In this document: positions 37,425 through 48,200 of the stretch, one piece after another | How positions within the stretch are numbered: the stretch's first letter is position 1 | How the letters are laid out: every line of letters begins with the position of its first letter | IMG/VR virus record: IMGVR_UViG_3300046169_000109 | Location: 4,781-68,780 of that record | Length of the DNA: 64,000 nt | From: a virus | Reading direction: 5' to 3' (one strand) | Program-made: the position numbers and the translations under genes | Notes under the pieces: model-generated | Told to the model about the DNA's origin: nothing | Databases searched by the model: none | What the model saw: the letters and a program-made list of their open reading frames with translations, nothing else

Positions 37425-37690
37425 ATAGGCTCTTCTTGAGGCTTTGCCCAGGAAGGATCGTGATCTACAAGCTCGGATGAATCAAAATGCTGGTCGCATT
37501 TCCATTTTCCTTCAGTTATAACCGGAAAAATAAATAGCCCATAATCTGCATGTTCTGAATTATCAATCATGCGAGATTCTGCATACCTAACAGTTCCTGC
37601 ACTGTCTGGGATAGAAAGAAGAGATTTTACTTCCAGTTCTTTTGCAGAGAATTCTTCTGGGGTGTTAAGTAATTTATATTTTGTTGCCAC
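37421..37690 (-). CDS. LamG-partner protein 1
   Basis: Paralogue of 39287..39544. Confidence 0.75.
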   Translation of the reverse strand: MATKYKLLNTPEEFSAKELEVKSLLSIPDSAGTVRYAESRMIDNSEHADYGLFIFPVITEGKWKCDQHFDSSELVDHDPSWAKPQEEPI

Positions 37691-37720
37691 AGTATTTAAG
37701 GTTGGAATTTATGTTAAGAT

Positions 37721-39274
37721 TTATATGTATAGTAATGGATTAACCCTAGCGGTTGGTTGATTTGCTGCCGTTGATTGCGTTGCATGATTTCCATTTCCGG
37801 ATGCGTCAGTAATTTGAGATATTCCGGTCTGTCCATCGGTTAAGCTGTCATCTTCTCCCATGCGGAGATATGCAACAGGGCTTAAGCTTAAATCATTTAC
37901 AATATGAGCTCCGCGAGTTGCGGCTAGAGAGGATACCTCGGATGCGGATAAGGCAGTGTTGAAAATAGCTGCGTCATCTATATCGCCGACAAAATAGTTA
38001 TAACCAGCCGTTGCACCTATAATGAGGTCGTGGGCAGTAGCATTTATAGAGATTCCCGTAAACGAATCTTCAGGGACTCCATTAACATAGAACTGAGCGG
38101 TACTTCCTGAAACAGTAACAGCAACATGATACCATGTACCCGTTGCTAATGTTGTAGTTGTATTGTATACCCAAACACCTCCTGAATGGCCTAAACCAAC
38201 CTGACCACTAGAATTGTTGATTATAAATTGGTAATTCATGGAACCGCCTACCTGTCGCTTTGTATATATAGCGTTGTAGCTGGTTGTTGCTGTTCTATTC
38301 ACCCAAGCGGACAAAGTTATATCCCCCGAAATGTTAACAGAACTATTTTGAGATACGCTTAAATAGTCGTTGCCACCATCAAAGCTAAGCGATGTAGTAG
38401 ACAGGGCATGTGCTTTGAATGTAGGCTGGCTACTTGCAGTTCCTTGAGTTGCATGATTTCCATTTCCGCTGGAATCAGTAATGGTTGCGATGGATCCGCC
38501 AGCCGAGGCTGAATCTTCGTCCCCCATTCTCCAATAGCCTTTAAGATTGGATGTTCGGTCGGTATTGTATGATGATGCAGATTTTAAACTTGTAGGCTTA
38601 CCGTTTGGAGCAGTTCCGTTGTAAATTTTTGCTACATCGGGGGTGGATAGAGCAGTATTAAAGATTGCGCAATCATCTAGAAGACCTTTAAAGGTGCTAG
38701 CTCCTACTCCTGAACCAACACCACCCCATTTTGGAGTGCCGCTTAAAGAGTAATTATTGCTATCCGAACCAGTCGCTACACTTGATCCGTTCAAATATAA
38801 AGTAGCGGAACCGCTTGATCGGGTGTAAACAACATGATACCATTGGTTCGTGTTTAGCGTTGTTTCGTAGGTTACTATTCTACTACTTCCAGCCCAAATA
38901 TACAGTTTATATCCGGCATTTGGACTGATAAACAACCCGGGTAGTAAGTCTCCATCACTCGGTCTAAAGTCCACCACTGATCGGTAGCCTGAAATTACCT
39001 CAGGATTAAACCACGCACTAAAGGAAAAATCAGAAGTTCCAAAAGAAAAATCTGTAGAAGCTGGCACACTTAAATGATCACCAGCACCATCAAAGCTTGC
39101 GCCCCAGCGGTTTTCAAAGGCGACCGCGCCGGTGCCGTCGGAATCGAGCTCGATCCATGCGCCTGCGGTTGCATTCCAGACAAGCATCTTATTTGTGCTA
39201 GTCTCGAAATATGCTTTTCCGTCGGCGTGAGAACTGCCGGACGGGCGGTTATCTGTTGTTTGAAGTGTTGCCAT
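37721..39274 (-). CDS. double LamG/ConA-like receptor-binding protein
   Basis: FDG..D.L, SAW, WYHV, LY.NG, D.AIFNTALS, YWRMGD x2. Confidence 0.9.
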   Translation of the reverse strand: MATLQTTDNRPSGSSHADGKAYFETSTNKMLVWNATAGAWIELDSDGTGAVAFENRWGASFDGAGDHLSVPASTDFSFGTSDFSFSAWFNPEVISGYRSVVDFRPSDGDLLPGLFISPNAGYKLYIWAGSSRIVTYETTLNTNQWYHVVYTRSSGSATLYLNGSSVATGSDSNNYSLSGTPKWGGVGSGVGASTFKGLLDDCAIFNTALSTPDVAKIYNGTAPNGKPTSLKSASSYNTDRTSNLKGYWRMGDEDSASAGGSIATITDSSGNGNHATQGTASSQPTFKAHALSTTSLSFDGGNDYLSVSQNSSVNISGDITLSAWVNRTATTSYNAIYTKRQVGGSMNYQFIINNSSGQVGLGHSGGVWVYNTTTTLATGTWYHVAVTVSGSTAQFYVNGVPEDSFTGISINATAHDLIIGATAGYNYFVGDIDDAAIFNTALSASEVSSLAATRGAHIVNDLSLSPVAYLRMGEDDSLTDGQTGISQITDASGNGNHATQSTAANQPTARVNPLLYI

Positions 39275-39286
39275 GGTCTAGAGGGG

Positions 39287-39544
39287 TTATTTGCTTATCA
39301 ACCAATCAGGGTCGAAATCAATTAATGAGCTAGAGTCAAAATGTTGTGAGGTTTTCCATTCGCCTGTCATGACTACTGGCATTATAAACTTACCAAATTC
39401 TATGTGATCTGGATTGTTTACCGCGGCAGAGCTTGCGTAAACGGTATTACCTTTATCATCAGGTAAACCTAGAGCAGTCATAATCTGAGAATGCTTTGAA
39501 GAAAAAGATTCTTCTGAATCGAGAAGTATATATTTTTTATGCAT
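39287..39544 (-). CDS. LamG-partner protein 2
   Basis: Paralogue of 37421..37690. Confidence 0.75.
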   Translation of the reverse strand: MHKKYILLDSEESFSSKHSQIMTALGLPDDKGNTVYASSAAVNNPDHIEFGKFIMPVVMTGEWKTSQHFDSSSLIDFDPDWLISK

Positions 39545-40398
39545 TATACTAAAATTGTTTCTCCGGTTAAGTCTAAGTATGAAGGCTTATCAGTGACTGA
39601 TGCAGCAGATAGAGCGGTGCCAGTTGCAGGCGATGCGTTAGGTACTGAGGCAATATCATCTCCAGAGGTCACAGACTCCCCGTCTCCAAACCTAGCGTAC
39701 ATAGATGGGCTATAATCGCTTAAGCTGGAAGGTTTACCGCTGCCGTATATGTCAGAAGCATCCTGCGCACTAAGAACAGAAGTAAAAAATGCAAACTCAT
39801 CGGCACACCCATTAAAGTATGTACCTGCAGAACCTGCTCTGAAAGCTGTTTCAAAATACCAGTCGTCATTGTCTGCGTAAGTACTTGCTGCGGGTTGTCC
39901 GTTAACATATAGCTTTAAATCAGTTCCGTCTCCAGTAATCGTGATGTTGTACCAAGAACCATTTGTAAATGATACAGGTGAAACCATACGTTGATAAGTT
40001 CTGCCTGATCCTCCGCCTTGACCTGACGGCCACATTCTTATTGAAACTGCGGACGAGTCGAAATACAAAGCATATAAATTTGTACCGTAACCCCAAATAT
40101 AGTGGTCAGTGCCTGACATAGGTTTAACCCATGTCGAGAAACTTTTGTTCCCGGATATCGTGTACGACCCGCCATTAGGTACAAAGTACGAGTTATTAGT
40201 TAAGTCTACACCTAAACTATTTTCGAAACCTTCTGCCGCACCATCGCTTGTAAATTTTTTCCAGCGATTTATCCCGCTAGCATCGGCGTTAGTACAAAGA
40301 TAAAGGGAGTTATTACCCGTATTAAGAACAAGATCCCCGTCAATTGGGCTAAGACCGGCAATTGCGGTTTCGTTCGCGTATGTATTTATATCGCTCAT
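39544..40398 (-). CDS. LamG/ConA-like receptor-binding protein
   Basis: STWVKP, WYNI, LYVNG, DEFAFF..LS, YARFGD. Confidence 0.85.
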   Translation of the reverse strand: MSDINTYANETAIAGLSPIDGDLVLNTGNNSLYLCTNADASGINRWKKFTSDGAAEGFENSLGVDLTNNSYFVPNGGSYTISGNKSFSTWVKPMSGTDHYIWGYGTNLYALYFDSSAVSIRMWPSGQGGGSGRTYQRMVSPVSFTNGSWYNITITGDGTDLKLYVNGQPAASTYADNDDWYFETAFRAGSAGTYFNGCADEFAFFTSVLSAQDASDIYGSGKPSSLSDYSPSMYARFGDGESVTSGDDIASVPNASPATGTALSAASVTDKPSYLDLTGETILV

Positions 40399-40407
40399 TC
40401 TAAAGTA

Positions 40408-40920
40408 TTATGCTTCGGGTTGATATTCGTGCCATGCGGATCCGTCGAAGATGTATAGCTTGTCGGTATCCGTTCCGTACATCACCGTACCAGTAGCATC
40501 TCCTTCGCGCGACCGGATGTTTGATTCTGTATCGCCAGAAATATTAAGCGTTAGTGCAGCTGCTATGCTGTCCGCTTGAATGTTTGCAATGTCGGATAAT
40601 ATCCAGACTCCTGCATAATAATATACTGCGCTGGTATCGCTAGCTACTGCAACGGTACCTTTCGGGTCGCCACTACGCGCTTGGATATTTTCTGCGGTAT
40701 CAAAGATCGAAACGGTAACATCAGCAGTACTTGCTACAAAGTCTCCATAATTTCCAATAGCAGATTCAAGAGTAGTTACTTGACTGCTAGTCGCTACATG
40801 GTTTGCGGCCGTAGGTTCGGGGACAATTAAAGGACCGGTAAGAGTACCACCGGCAAGATTTAATTTTTCTCCGAGCTTTCCGCTTAAAGAGGTTCCTAAG
40901 GCTTCTAAAATGCTGGGCAT
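40408..40920 (-). CDS. tail fibre adaptor with two docking-type modules
   Basis: KLNLAGGTLTG.L...P....H.AT fibre motif; two DT..NI..R.GD..G modules. Confidence 0.75.
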   Translation of the reverse strand: MPSILEALGTSLSGKLGEKLNLAGGTLTGPLIVPEPTAANHVATSSQVTTLESAIGNYGDFVASTADVTVSIFDTAENIQARSGDPKGTVAVASDTSAVYYYAGVWILSDIANIQADSIAAALTLNISGDTESNIRSREGDATGTVMYGTDTDKLYIFDGSAWHEYQPEA

Positions 40921-40973
40921 GTTCTATATATTCCTTGTTATGTAAGTCTTCTCAATCGGATGGATGAACTTTT

Positions 40974-41279
40974 TTACGGTACTTGAACTGCAGAAATATT
41001 TGAGGGGCCTGCGGCTGGTTTCGGACCGTTCAGCGCATCCAAAAATGATCCAAGGTCCAGACTGTCAGCAACTTCCTTCAAAGTATCCATCTCTTCAGGT
41101 GCGCCAGATGTAATGTTTTCCACGTTTGTAGTGTTAGTCTCAACTTTTTCTTCAAGCTCAACCATTTCAGATTTTAGTAAATATAAATCTTTTACTCGGC
41201 CGACAGAAGATCCGGAAGATGTTATAGTATTCTCGTTATCGTTCTCTCCGGCGGAATTAAATATTTTTATGTCTCCCAT
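40974..41279 (-). CDS. short tail fibre-associated protein
   Basis: GAPEEMDTLKEVAD fibre motif; C-terminal PAAGPSNISAV. Confidence 0.7.
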   Translation of the reverse strand: MGDIKIFNSAGENDNENTITSSGSSVGRVKDLYLLKSEMVELEEKVETNTTNVENITSGAPEEMDTLKEVADSLDLGSFLDALNGPKPAAGPSNISAVQVP

Positions 41280-41285
41280 AGGGAA

Positions 41286-42164
41286 TTACTCTCCTTTAGG
41301 AACTCGGTGCCACTCAGCAGTGTCACTTTTATATATAAACAAGTACGGGACATCTTTAGCGTAAGCAATATGTCCACTCTCTTCGGTGGCTGCGCTAAGC
41401 AGATCCTCTTGTGTGTCGTAAATATCTATATTAAGCGTAGCTTTACCCGCAGATAGACCTGTTGGGCCATTAGCCGGAGCATTAACGCTTGCGCCTAACC
41501 CAGTGGGGCCGTTAGCCGGAGCATTAACGTTTGCGGCAAGGGTTGTTGGGCCGCTGGACGGAGCAGTAAACACTTCAGCAGCGTTTAAGCCTGTAGGACC
41601 ATTAGCCGGAGCATTAACGCTTGCGGCTAGAGTTGTTGGGCCGGAAACAGGTGCGTCTGGAATTCCTTCAAATGCATTTAAGCCTGTAGGACCGTTAGCC
41701 GGAGGAAGTAATTCAGCATCTAACACCGTTGGGCCATTAGCCGGAGCGTTGACGGATGCATCTAAGCTAGTCGGACCGTTAGACGGAGCGACAATTGATG
41801 CGGCTAAAGAGCTAGGGCCAGAGACCGGAGCGGGAAGAACTTCGGCAGCTAAAAGATTGGTAGGGCCAGAGACCGGAGGAACAATAGGTCCAAAGGTAGG
41901 GATCTCCGCACCAGGTTTTCCAACAACGCTTGAGCGATAAACCCTTCCATATGTATCCTTAAATCCATCCCCATCCGAATCAAAGTATACCGCTTTTAAA
42001 CTACCCCCAAAGCGCTGATTCTGATCGTGCTCACGCTCAAGACTTTTGAACTTTTTAGAGTCCCGCTTAAGTGCAGTTCGATTAATTGAACCTGCAACTG
42101 CCCTGGCCTTTCGATGATCCGAACGGTTAGCTTTAGCCTTCTGAACTTTTTTAGAATAGCTCAT
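41286..42164 (-). CDS. tail protein with 10 GPTxL repeats and a C-terminal docking-type module
   Basis: APANGPTGLxAS repeats at about 41440-41880; GHIAYAKD...LFIY...W. Confidence 0.75.
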   Translation of the reverse strand: MSYSKKVQKAKANRSDHRKARAVAGSINRTALKRDSKKFKSLEREHDQNQRFGGSLKAVYFDSDGDGFKDTYGRVYRSSVVGKPGAEIPTFGPIVPPVSGPTNLLAAEVLPAPVSGPSSLAASIVAPSNGPTSLDASVNAPANGPTVLDAELLPPANGPTGLNAFEGIPDAPVSGPTTLAASVNAPANGPTGLNAAEVFTAPSSGPTTLAANVNAPANGPTGLGASVNAPANGPTGLSAGKATLNIDIYDTQEDLLSAATEESGHIAYAKDVPYLFIYKSDTAEWHRVPKGE

Positions 42165-42331
42165 TTTAAAGGCGCAGGCATACCAGGTTTCGACCCTTGG
42201 CTTTCGGCCTTCGACTGTAGATCAACGGGTATAGGCCGAGCTACTAAAGTAATAGGTTTCGGGTCGTTAGCCTTGGGCTCGCGGGCAGGTACCGAAGTGA
42301 CCTTGGAGCCCCATCTTGAGACGAGGGGCAT
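42161..42331 (-). CDS. hypothetical Pro-rich 56-aa protein
   Basis: Translated by hand; ATGA-coupled. Confidence 0.5.
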   Translation of the reverse strand: MPLVSRWGSKVTSVPAREPKANDPKPITLVARPIPVDLQSKAESQGSKPGMPAPLK

Positions 42332-42344
42332 AGGTCAAAGGGTG

Positions 42345-42683
42345 TTAGGTTACGGGAAGCATGAAGACGGCTGTGTCGTCTTGAACTTTAAAGCCGCCTT
42401 GGTTTTTTGCTGCGATACCGAAGTGATAATTTACCGCAGACCCAGTCCCAACTATTGAATGAGCTGATGTTATGGAAGTCTTAGTAAGATCAGTGACGCT
42501 TTCAATAAGATCTAATCCTTGAGAAGATGCGCTTGCTCCGCCGTGAATTGCGTCGAGCTTAGCTTGAAGAGCTGCTGCGTCGGAGAAGTGACCTGATGAG
42601 GTACCGTCACACACGTATACTTCGTAAGAATCGATATCGGTTGAACCTGTTACAGGTGTCCAAGTTACATTTATATTAGCCAT
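42345..42683 (-). CDS. fibronectin type III-like protein lacking strand A
   Basis: Starts at INVTWTP (B), then IDSYEVY (C) and NYHFGIAAKNQGG (F). Confidence 0.7.
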   Translation of the reverse strand: MANINVTWTPVTGSTDIDSYEVYVCDGTSSGHFSDAAALQAKLDAIHGGASASSQGLDLIESVTDLTKTSITSAHSIVGTGSAVNYHFGIAAKNQGGFKVQDDTAVFMLPVT

Positions 42684-42743
42684 AGTAAAAAGATTTTAGT
42701 GTTGGGTTATGTAAGAATAAAATATGTGCGTGCGTTACAGCGC

Positions 42744-43034
42744 TCAACCGGTTGGGTTTCTCTTAACCCTGAATAGCTCGGGGTGGCTAACCTTACGATT
42801 CTTAGCTTCGATCTTTAATACTTTCTCCGCAAGAGCCAGAGGCGATAAGCCCTCAAGTGCGTTAATGATCGATTTAATCTGGATAGTTTCCTCCGGCTTG
42901 GTATCTGAGTCCAGCATGCGGGCGAGGTATCGAGCTCTTTCCTTTTGAAAGCGTTTTTCCAAATGGATAAAAGCTTCATCAACCGTTAATTTTTTTATGT
43001 CCGCGAGTTGATCGAAGACTACAAGATCGGTCAT
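42744..43034 (-). CDS. conserved small protein downstream of portal
   Basis: Helical 96-aa ORF, coupled. Confidence 0.65.
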   Translation of the reverse strand: MTDLVVFDQLADIKKLTVDEAFIHLEKRFQKERARYLARMLDSDTKPEETIQIKSIINALEGLSPLALAEKVLKIEAKNRKVSHPELFRVKRNPTG

Positions 43035-43234
43035 TCTACAGACTCTGCGCGCTTAACTTTAGAAATCTTTCCAGCAACCCCATCAAAGGATACTCCGAGA
43101 GAGGCTCCATATTTTGGATACCCCGATCCGAACTGTTGCTCGACGGTTTCGTGTTTAGCACTAATCCTACGCTCGATCGCACGGGTTTGCTCGATTCTTG
43201 GCTCTTTGGTTTTTCCGTTTTTGTACTTTCTCAT
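43031..43234 (-). CDS. hypothetical protein
   Basis: 67-aa coupled ORF. Confidence 0.55.
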   Translation of the reverse strand: MRKYKNGKTKEPRIEQTRAIERRISAKHETVEQQFGSGYPKYGASLGVSFDGVAGKISKVKRAESVE

Positions 43235-43240
43235 AAATAT

Positions 43241-45268
43241 TTATTGTTGATATTGGTTCATTCCTTGAGGGTTACTATTACCCATACCACTAGCTACTGC
43301 AGATACACCATCCCTTGGAGCTGGGCTTTCCCCACCCTCTCCTTGTGCGGCATTGTCACCAAGCATTTTGGCAATCTCTGCTTCGCTCTTCGGATCGGCA
43401 GGAGCTTCTGGAGGTAAGAATTCATCGGTCTTCTCGAATCCCATAGCATCAAGAATGCGTTTAAGCATGGGACGCATGAAAGGACGCATCTCTGGAGGTG
43501 ATTGGAAGTATCTGTCCTGGGTCTGCAAAGCAAGATTTGCTTTTTCAATAGCCCGTTGACCTTGGTCCTGCGACAGCATGACTCGAACATTTATTCCGAT
43601 ATCACGAATTGCTTCCGGGGACATCACGCCAAAGGCACGAACATCACCTTCCATATATTCAAATACTTCTTCCTCATCGATCGTGGCCATCGTTACCTGA
43701 ACGAGCTTGGTCAAATGCTCTTCAAAACCACGAACAATTCGACGCATCCAACGACGACCAATCTTACTCGCCTCTCTGAGTGTTGCCTCGACACCTGTTG
43801 CAGTATTTGCCGGAGCTAATGCCTGATAATCTCCCTGTGCCATGTTGGATACGCCCAACCAGAGCTGGACAATTCCAAATACAAAATCAATCAAGTCTTG
43901 TGTTCTTACATCGACATTGGGGACAGCGGCAAAGTTTATAAAGTCATCAATACTATATTGATCCTTTAATTCAAAAATCTTTCCAGCGTGCAGCTCTACA
44001 TCTTCAGGCTCGTCTTCTACAGCTTGAGCATTAATTCCAATGATCGGATTAGCAGCGAGTTCATTGCGATAGCTCTGAGAATTAAATTGGCGGTCTACAT
44101 ATTCTTGGAAGCTGCGAATTCTTTCGGGCAAACTACTTCCACACCACTTGTTTCTTTCTTTCCCGATGGAAACTGCGGTGTAAGGAACTTTGTTATCAGG
44201 AGTTAGTTTTGCAACATATTCATAGTAGATAGGCTTTTCAGTCTCGGTATCTATAAAGATGCAAAATTCCTGAGGTGCCCCAGTGCCAAGAACATCCCGT
44301 TTAATCCAACATTCAATAATCGGAACGACTGGATTTTCATCGGAATCAAAAGATAGATTTTCTTTTCTCTCCTCGTTTTCTTCGACCTCCGACCTTGGAT
44401 TTGCATCCTTCTTCATGAGGTTTAAGTATTCAGGAAATGTGATCCAGTCCCGATTCATGAACATGTCACGAACCCATTTTAAATCTTTGTCGTACAATTC
44501 TACAACGATGTCAGCCTCGTCCACAGATTCTGCGGTCGATGGGCAAAGGAAACGGTCTGAGTCTATGACCTCCGACCTTGGACCTCTGTACTTTACCTGC
44601 TGGGTTGGTACCCCTTGCGGGAGAGGTTGAAACTCGTGTACCCCTGGGATCATTTGGAAGCTAGGATCGGTCGCAAGTCGAAGCTCTGTTTCTCCGGTCA
44701 AAGGATTCATCTCGGGAATGAATTGAGATTCTCCTTCAATGATTGGTCCTTCTCCTGGTATCTCTTCAAATGCACCTGTTTGATTGTTGAACAATCCATT
44801 TCTTTCATAGTCATACCAAACGGATATATCTTCGCGGTATGTAGATTTAAGAACTAATGCACGCTGAATAAATAAATGAAGATATGATTCTTCAAGACGC
44901 TCGCGTGTCTTTGCTTGATCCTCAATCTTCCAATTAAAATACTTGTCGTATCCCTCGGCCGTCTCCAAGTCGCTCGCTCCTTGGGCTTCAAATTTAAAGT
45001 AGGGACTCGTCCCGGTTATTTCGTCCTCCGCACGGGCCATGAAATGATCTACGACAAGAGATGTCATGGGTACCGAAAGATTTGAATGACTGAATATACC
45101 GTCGTAATCTATGCGGTCTGTGCGGTCATTATGATACGTTTTCCAAGAGATCTTATCGGTCTCAATACGTTCGCGGTTATCCTCCTTAAGTTGCCTTACC
45201 CGTTCGAGCGTGTACTCAACGAGTTTTTCTTCCTGCTTTTTATTTAACTTAAGATTTGATTCCTTCAT
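43241..45268 (-). CDS. portal protein (P22-like)
   Basis: 675 aa; VPY......R.KW.G, Q.Y, GVS...QG...NTATG motifs. Confidence 0.85.
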   Translation of the reverse strand: MKESNLKLNKKQEEKLVEYTLERVRQLKEDNRERIETDKISWKTYHNDRTDRIDYDGIFSHSNLSVPMTSLVVDHFMARAEDEITGTSPYFKFEAQGASDLETAEGYDKYFNWKIEDQAKTRERLEESYLHLFIQRALVLKSTYREDISVWYDYERNGLFNNQTGAFEEIPGEGPIIEGESQFIPEMNPLTGETELRLATDPSFQMIPGVHEFQPLPQGVPTQQVKYRGPRSEVIDSDRFLCPSTAESVDEADIVVELYDKDLKWVRDMFMNRDWITFPEYLNLMKKDANPRSEVEENEERKENLSFDSDENPVVPIIECWIKRDVLGTGAPQEFCIFIDTETEKPIYYEYVAKLTPDNKVPYTAVSIGKERNKWCGSSLPERIRSFQEYVDRQFNSQSYRNELAANPIIGINAQAVEDEPEDVELHAGKIFELKDQYSIDDFINFAAVPNVDVRTQDLIDFVFGIVQLWLGVSNMAQGDYQALAPANTATGVEATLREASKIGRRWMRRIVRGFEEHLTKLVQVTMATIDEEEVFEYMEGDVRAFGVMSPEAIRDIGINVRVMLSQDQGQRAIEKANLALQTQDRYFQSPPEMRPFMRPMLKRILDAMGFEKTDEFLPPEAPADPKSEAEIAKMLGDNAAQGEGGESPAPRDGVSAVASGMGNSNPQGMNQYQQ

Positions 45269-45274
45269 ACACTG

Positions 45275-48200
45275 TTATGAAATTCCGAGAGCCTGAGCTT
45301 TTTTAATGACCGCGACGTATGCAGCATGTTCCTTTTTTTCTAGGTCCGCAATGCGTTGCAATTTCTGATCTTGGGTAAAAGCTTTGGAAGATTCTATCTT
45401 AGATTTCTGTGCTCGAATCTTAGACTTTAGTGCGTCTGCATATTTTACAGAGCTCGATAATGTAAGCAGATCTTTCATTTCCTGCTGTGTATACGCATAT
45501 TCTTTGGGCCCGGCTACTTTTGCCGCTTTAACTGCACGCTCAGCTGTCTTGTTTGCAGTGCGAATTTGATAGTATGTATTCTTGGTACTAGCGTTAGAGG
45601 TAGATGAGCGGTAGAACCTGTTTGTTATAGGCATCTTGTTCGCATCAAACTTACCGTAGTCTTCAGATGTTCCGGGTAAACCTGGCCATAGCAACCCACC
45701 AAATGCGGCATTTAATATCTGACCTGGACCACCGCTATAGCCTAATAAAAGATGCTCTATTTGGCTACCGGAAATATCCCACTTCATATCAGAATCATCC
45801 AAGCTCTTTAAAGGATCCGCTCCAAAAATACCTGAGAAAGACCCTTTTACCTGATCACTTCCGCCCATGAACTCATTTATACTTTTTGATAGAGCATTCC
45901 AATGCTCCTGCGTTCTTTTCGGATCCATCATATGAGCAGGCTTGGGGGCTTCGAATGGGCGGTCTTCCATCCGTATAGGTGCATCCATGAAATTTTTATT
46001 AGCCGATAATTCATAGAAAGGTTTTACCGGTGTGGGTATAAAAGCAGTACCCAGACCAGCGCCCCCTACAGGATTGAAAGAATTAAGGGTGGCGGCCATA
46101 TTTCGAGAAATGAAATCCATAGGCCCAGATCCACCTCGGCCCATAGCATATTTTGCGAATACATCCATCGCTGTTTGTCCCATCGTCCAGAACATATTGT
46201 AGCCTAACGCCAATGGAATTCCGACATACCCGGTATTCTCTTTGCCAGGCATACTAATTAAAGCAGTGGTATCCCTTCGATAAGATGATATGCGATCATA
46301 TCCTGGCTCGTCTTCGTCCTCATCGTCGTCAATTAAACGATTAAATAAATTCACAAGCATAGAGGCTAGTACTATGCCACCTATTAAATTACGGCTGCCC
46401 TTGAGCCCTCTCTTGTGAAATGTCTGAATCATACGATCCATAGAGTTCATAGACGCTCCGAAAAATACAAAGAATGCACCAAAAGTCTGAGTCATTGTTC
46501 CCTTCTGATTGAAGTCCACGGTTACATTTCTTGAAATATTCGCTGCTTCATGCACAGTCCTACCGTTCTCAATAGCAGACCAAAAAGCTGACATCCGGAC
46601 GGTGTTTTCTACAGCGGTATTGATGGAATCAAATGTATCGACTGCATGTCTTAACATATTCCTTTCAGACTTTTTATTTTTCTTACCTTTTTTCTGCATC
46701 TTCTGCAGATCTTCGATCATCTCGGTAACTGGTTTATTTCGGAAGTAACCAACCTTTGCGCCTGCTTGAACCGCAAATTGATACATCTTTTCGTAATCCT
46801 TATTTGCGAGAATCTTCTTTGCATACTCGTTAGCTTCTTTTCTGTCGGTTGGGAAATCGTCTAGTAATGTGGCTTCCCCCCTAGCCTTTCTTTGCTCGAC
46901 ATTAAGAATACCACCCATGAAGCCTTTGAGGCGTTTGTAAGAGAAAACATTTTTGGCGAACTCTTTTTTATCATCCTCGGTAAGGTGAATGTACGCGGTT
47001 TGTAAATCTCTGAAGAAGTTGGGAATAAGGAACGCAGGGTTTTTTGATGTAAACATACTCGCCATAAAACGAGTCACTGCGTTTACCCCACTGAGAAATT
47101 TAGGAAGAGTTTCGTATCGGAGATTTTTTACCGAGGATGCAAAGCGCATACCGCGCTCATTATTCTGCATCTCAATATAAAAAGGCTCCCCGTTCTTGCG
47201 GTAGGTAAATACAAGCGGGTTGTTTTGAAACTCCCTGTTTATCTCCCGGCGAGCCATGACTAAACCGTCAATTTTCTGGTCACCTACAACCAGCTTTTCT
47301 GTTTTTATTTCGTAATGCTTTTTAACATCCACCCTGCGAAACTCTTTCTTGAATACGGCATCTTTACCCTCAAATAGTTCGCGTGCGGCTTCTATTATAG
47401 TGGGGTCTTTTTCGATCTTATTAAGAATGTCTTTTCCGCCTGGTATACTGTTCAAGTCTAATAAAGGAAGAGAATCTCCGACTACTTCTTTGCCGTGGTA
47501 AGCTACCGTGCGCAATATTTCAAACGCCGTGCCGAATGCATTTGAGACCGTGTTCTTTTGACCCAAAATAGCACCCTCATAATATTGAGACTGTGCAACG
47601 GGGAAAACCATTTTAGGGTCTGGAGCAACGGCATTTTCACCAAGCCTACCGAACGATCCTTTAAATAAGAATTTATGTTTAGGCATATCCCACGCCCGAC
47701 CGGCAGCGGTACTTGATTTGCCACCTATTTCATAGGCACGCTCATTATCAAACAGAGTTTGCGTTTCACCCTCGAATCCTTGCATCGGTGCATAAGAATA
47801 TGCGTTATCTGCTCCGTTAAACTGGTACATGAAAGCAGACCCGCCTTGCTTTTTCCAATCAAAGGATGAACTAGCTGTCACCATGGCAAGCTCTTCATTA
47901 ATGCCCCCGTCCTGGTCGTTTTTCATTAAACCGTTTGCGGACCGGTGCCTTAGCCCCTCCCGGTTAAACTCGTAGAATTTTTGTAAAGGATTTCTTTCGT
48001 CTTTAAGAAAGGCTAAGAAGTTTTTGTCTTTCTCCATGGTCTGGACAACTTCAATTGCAAGCTCGGTAGATACGCCGCTCATACGATCACCATTCTTATC
48101 AATCATCTCCTGAATGGCTTCTTTATGCTCGTCTTTTGCATCCTTCAGATATTCGAGATATAACTTTTTGATGTGGTCGTTACGACTGGGAGCAGCGCGG

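Noticed and set aside
36950-37430. Invertible tail-fibre segment
   Set aside because: No flanking inverted repeats and no serine invertase found
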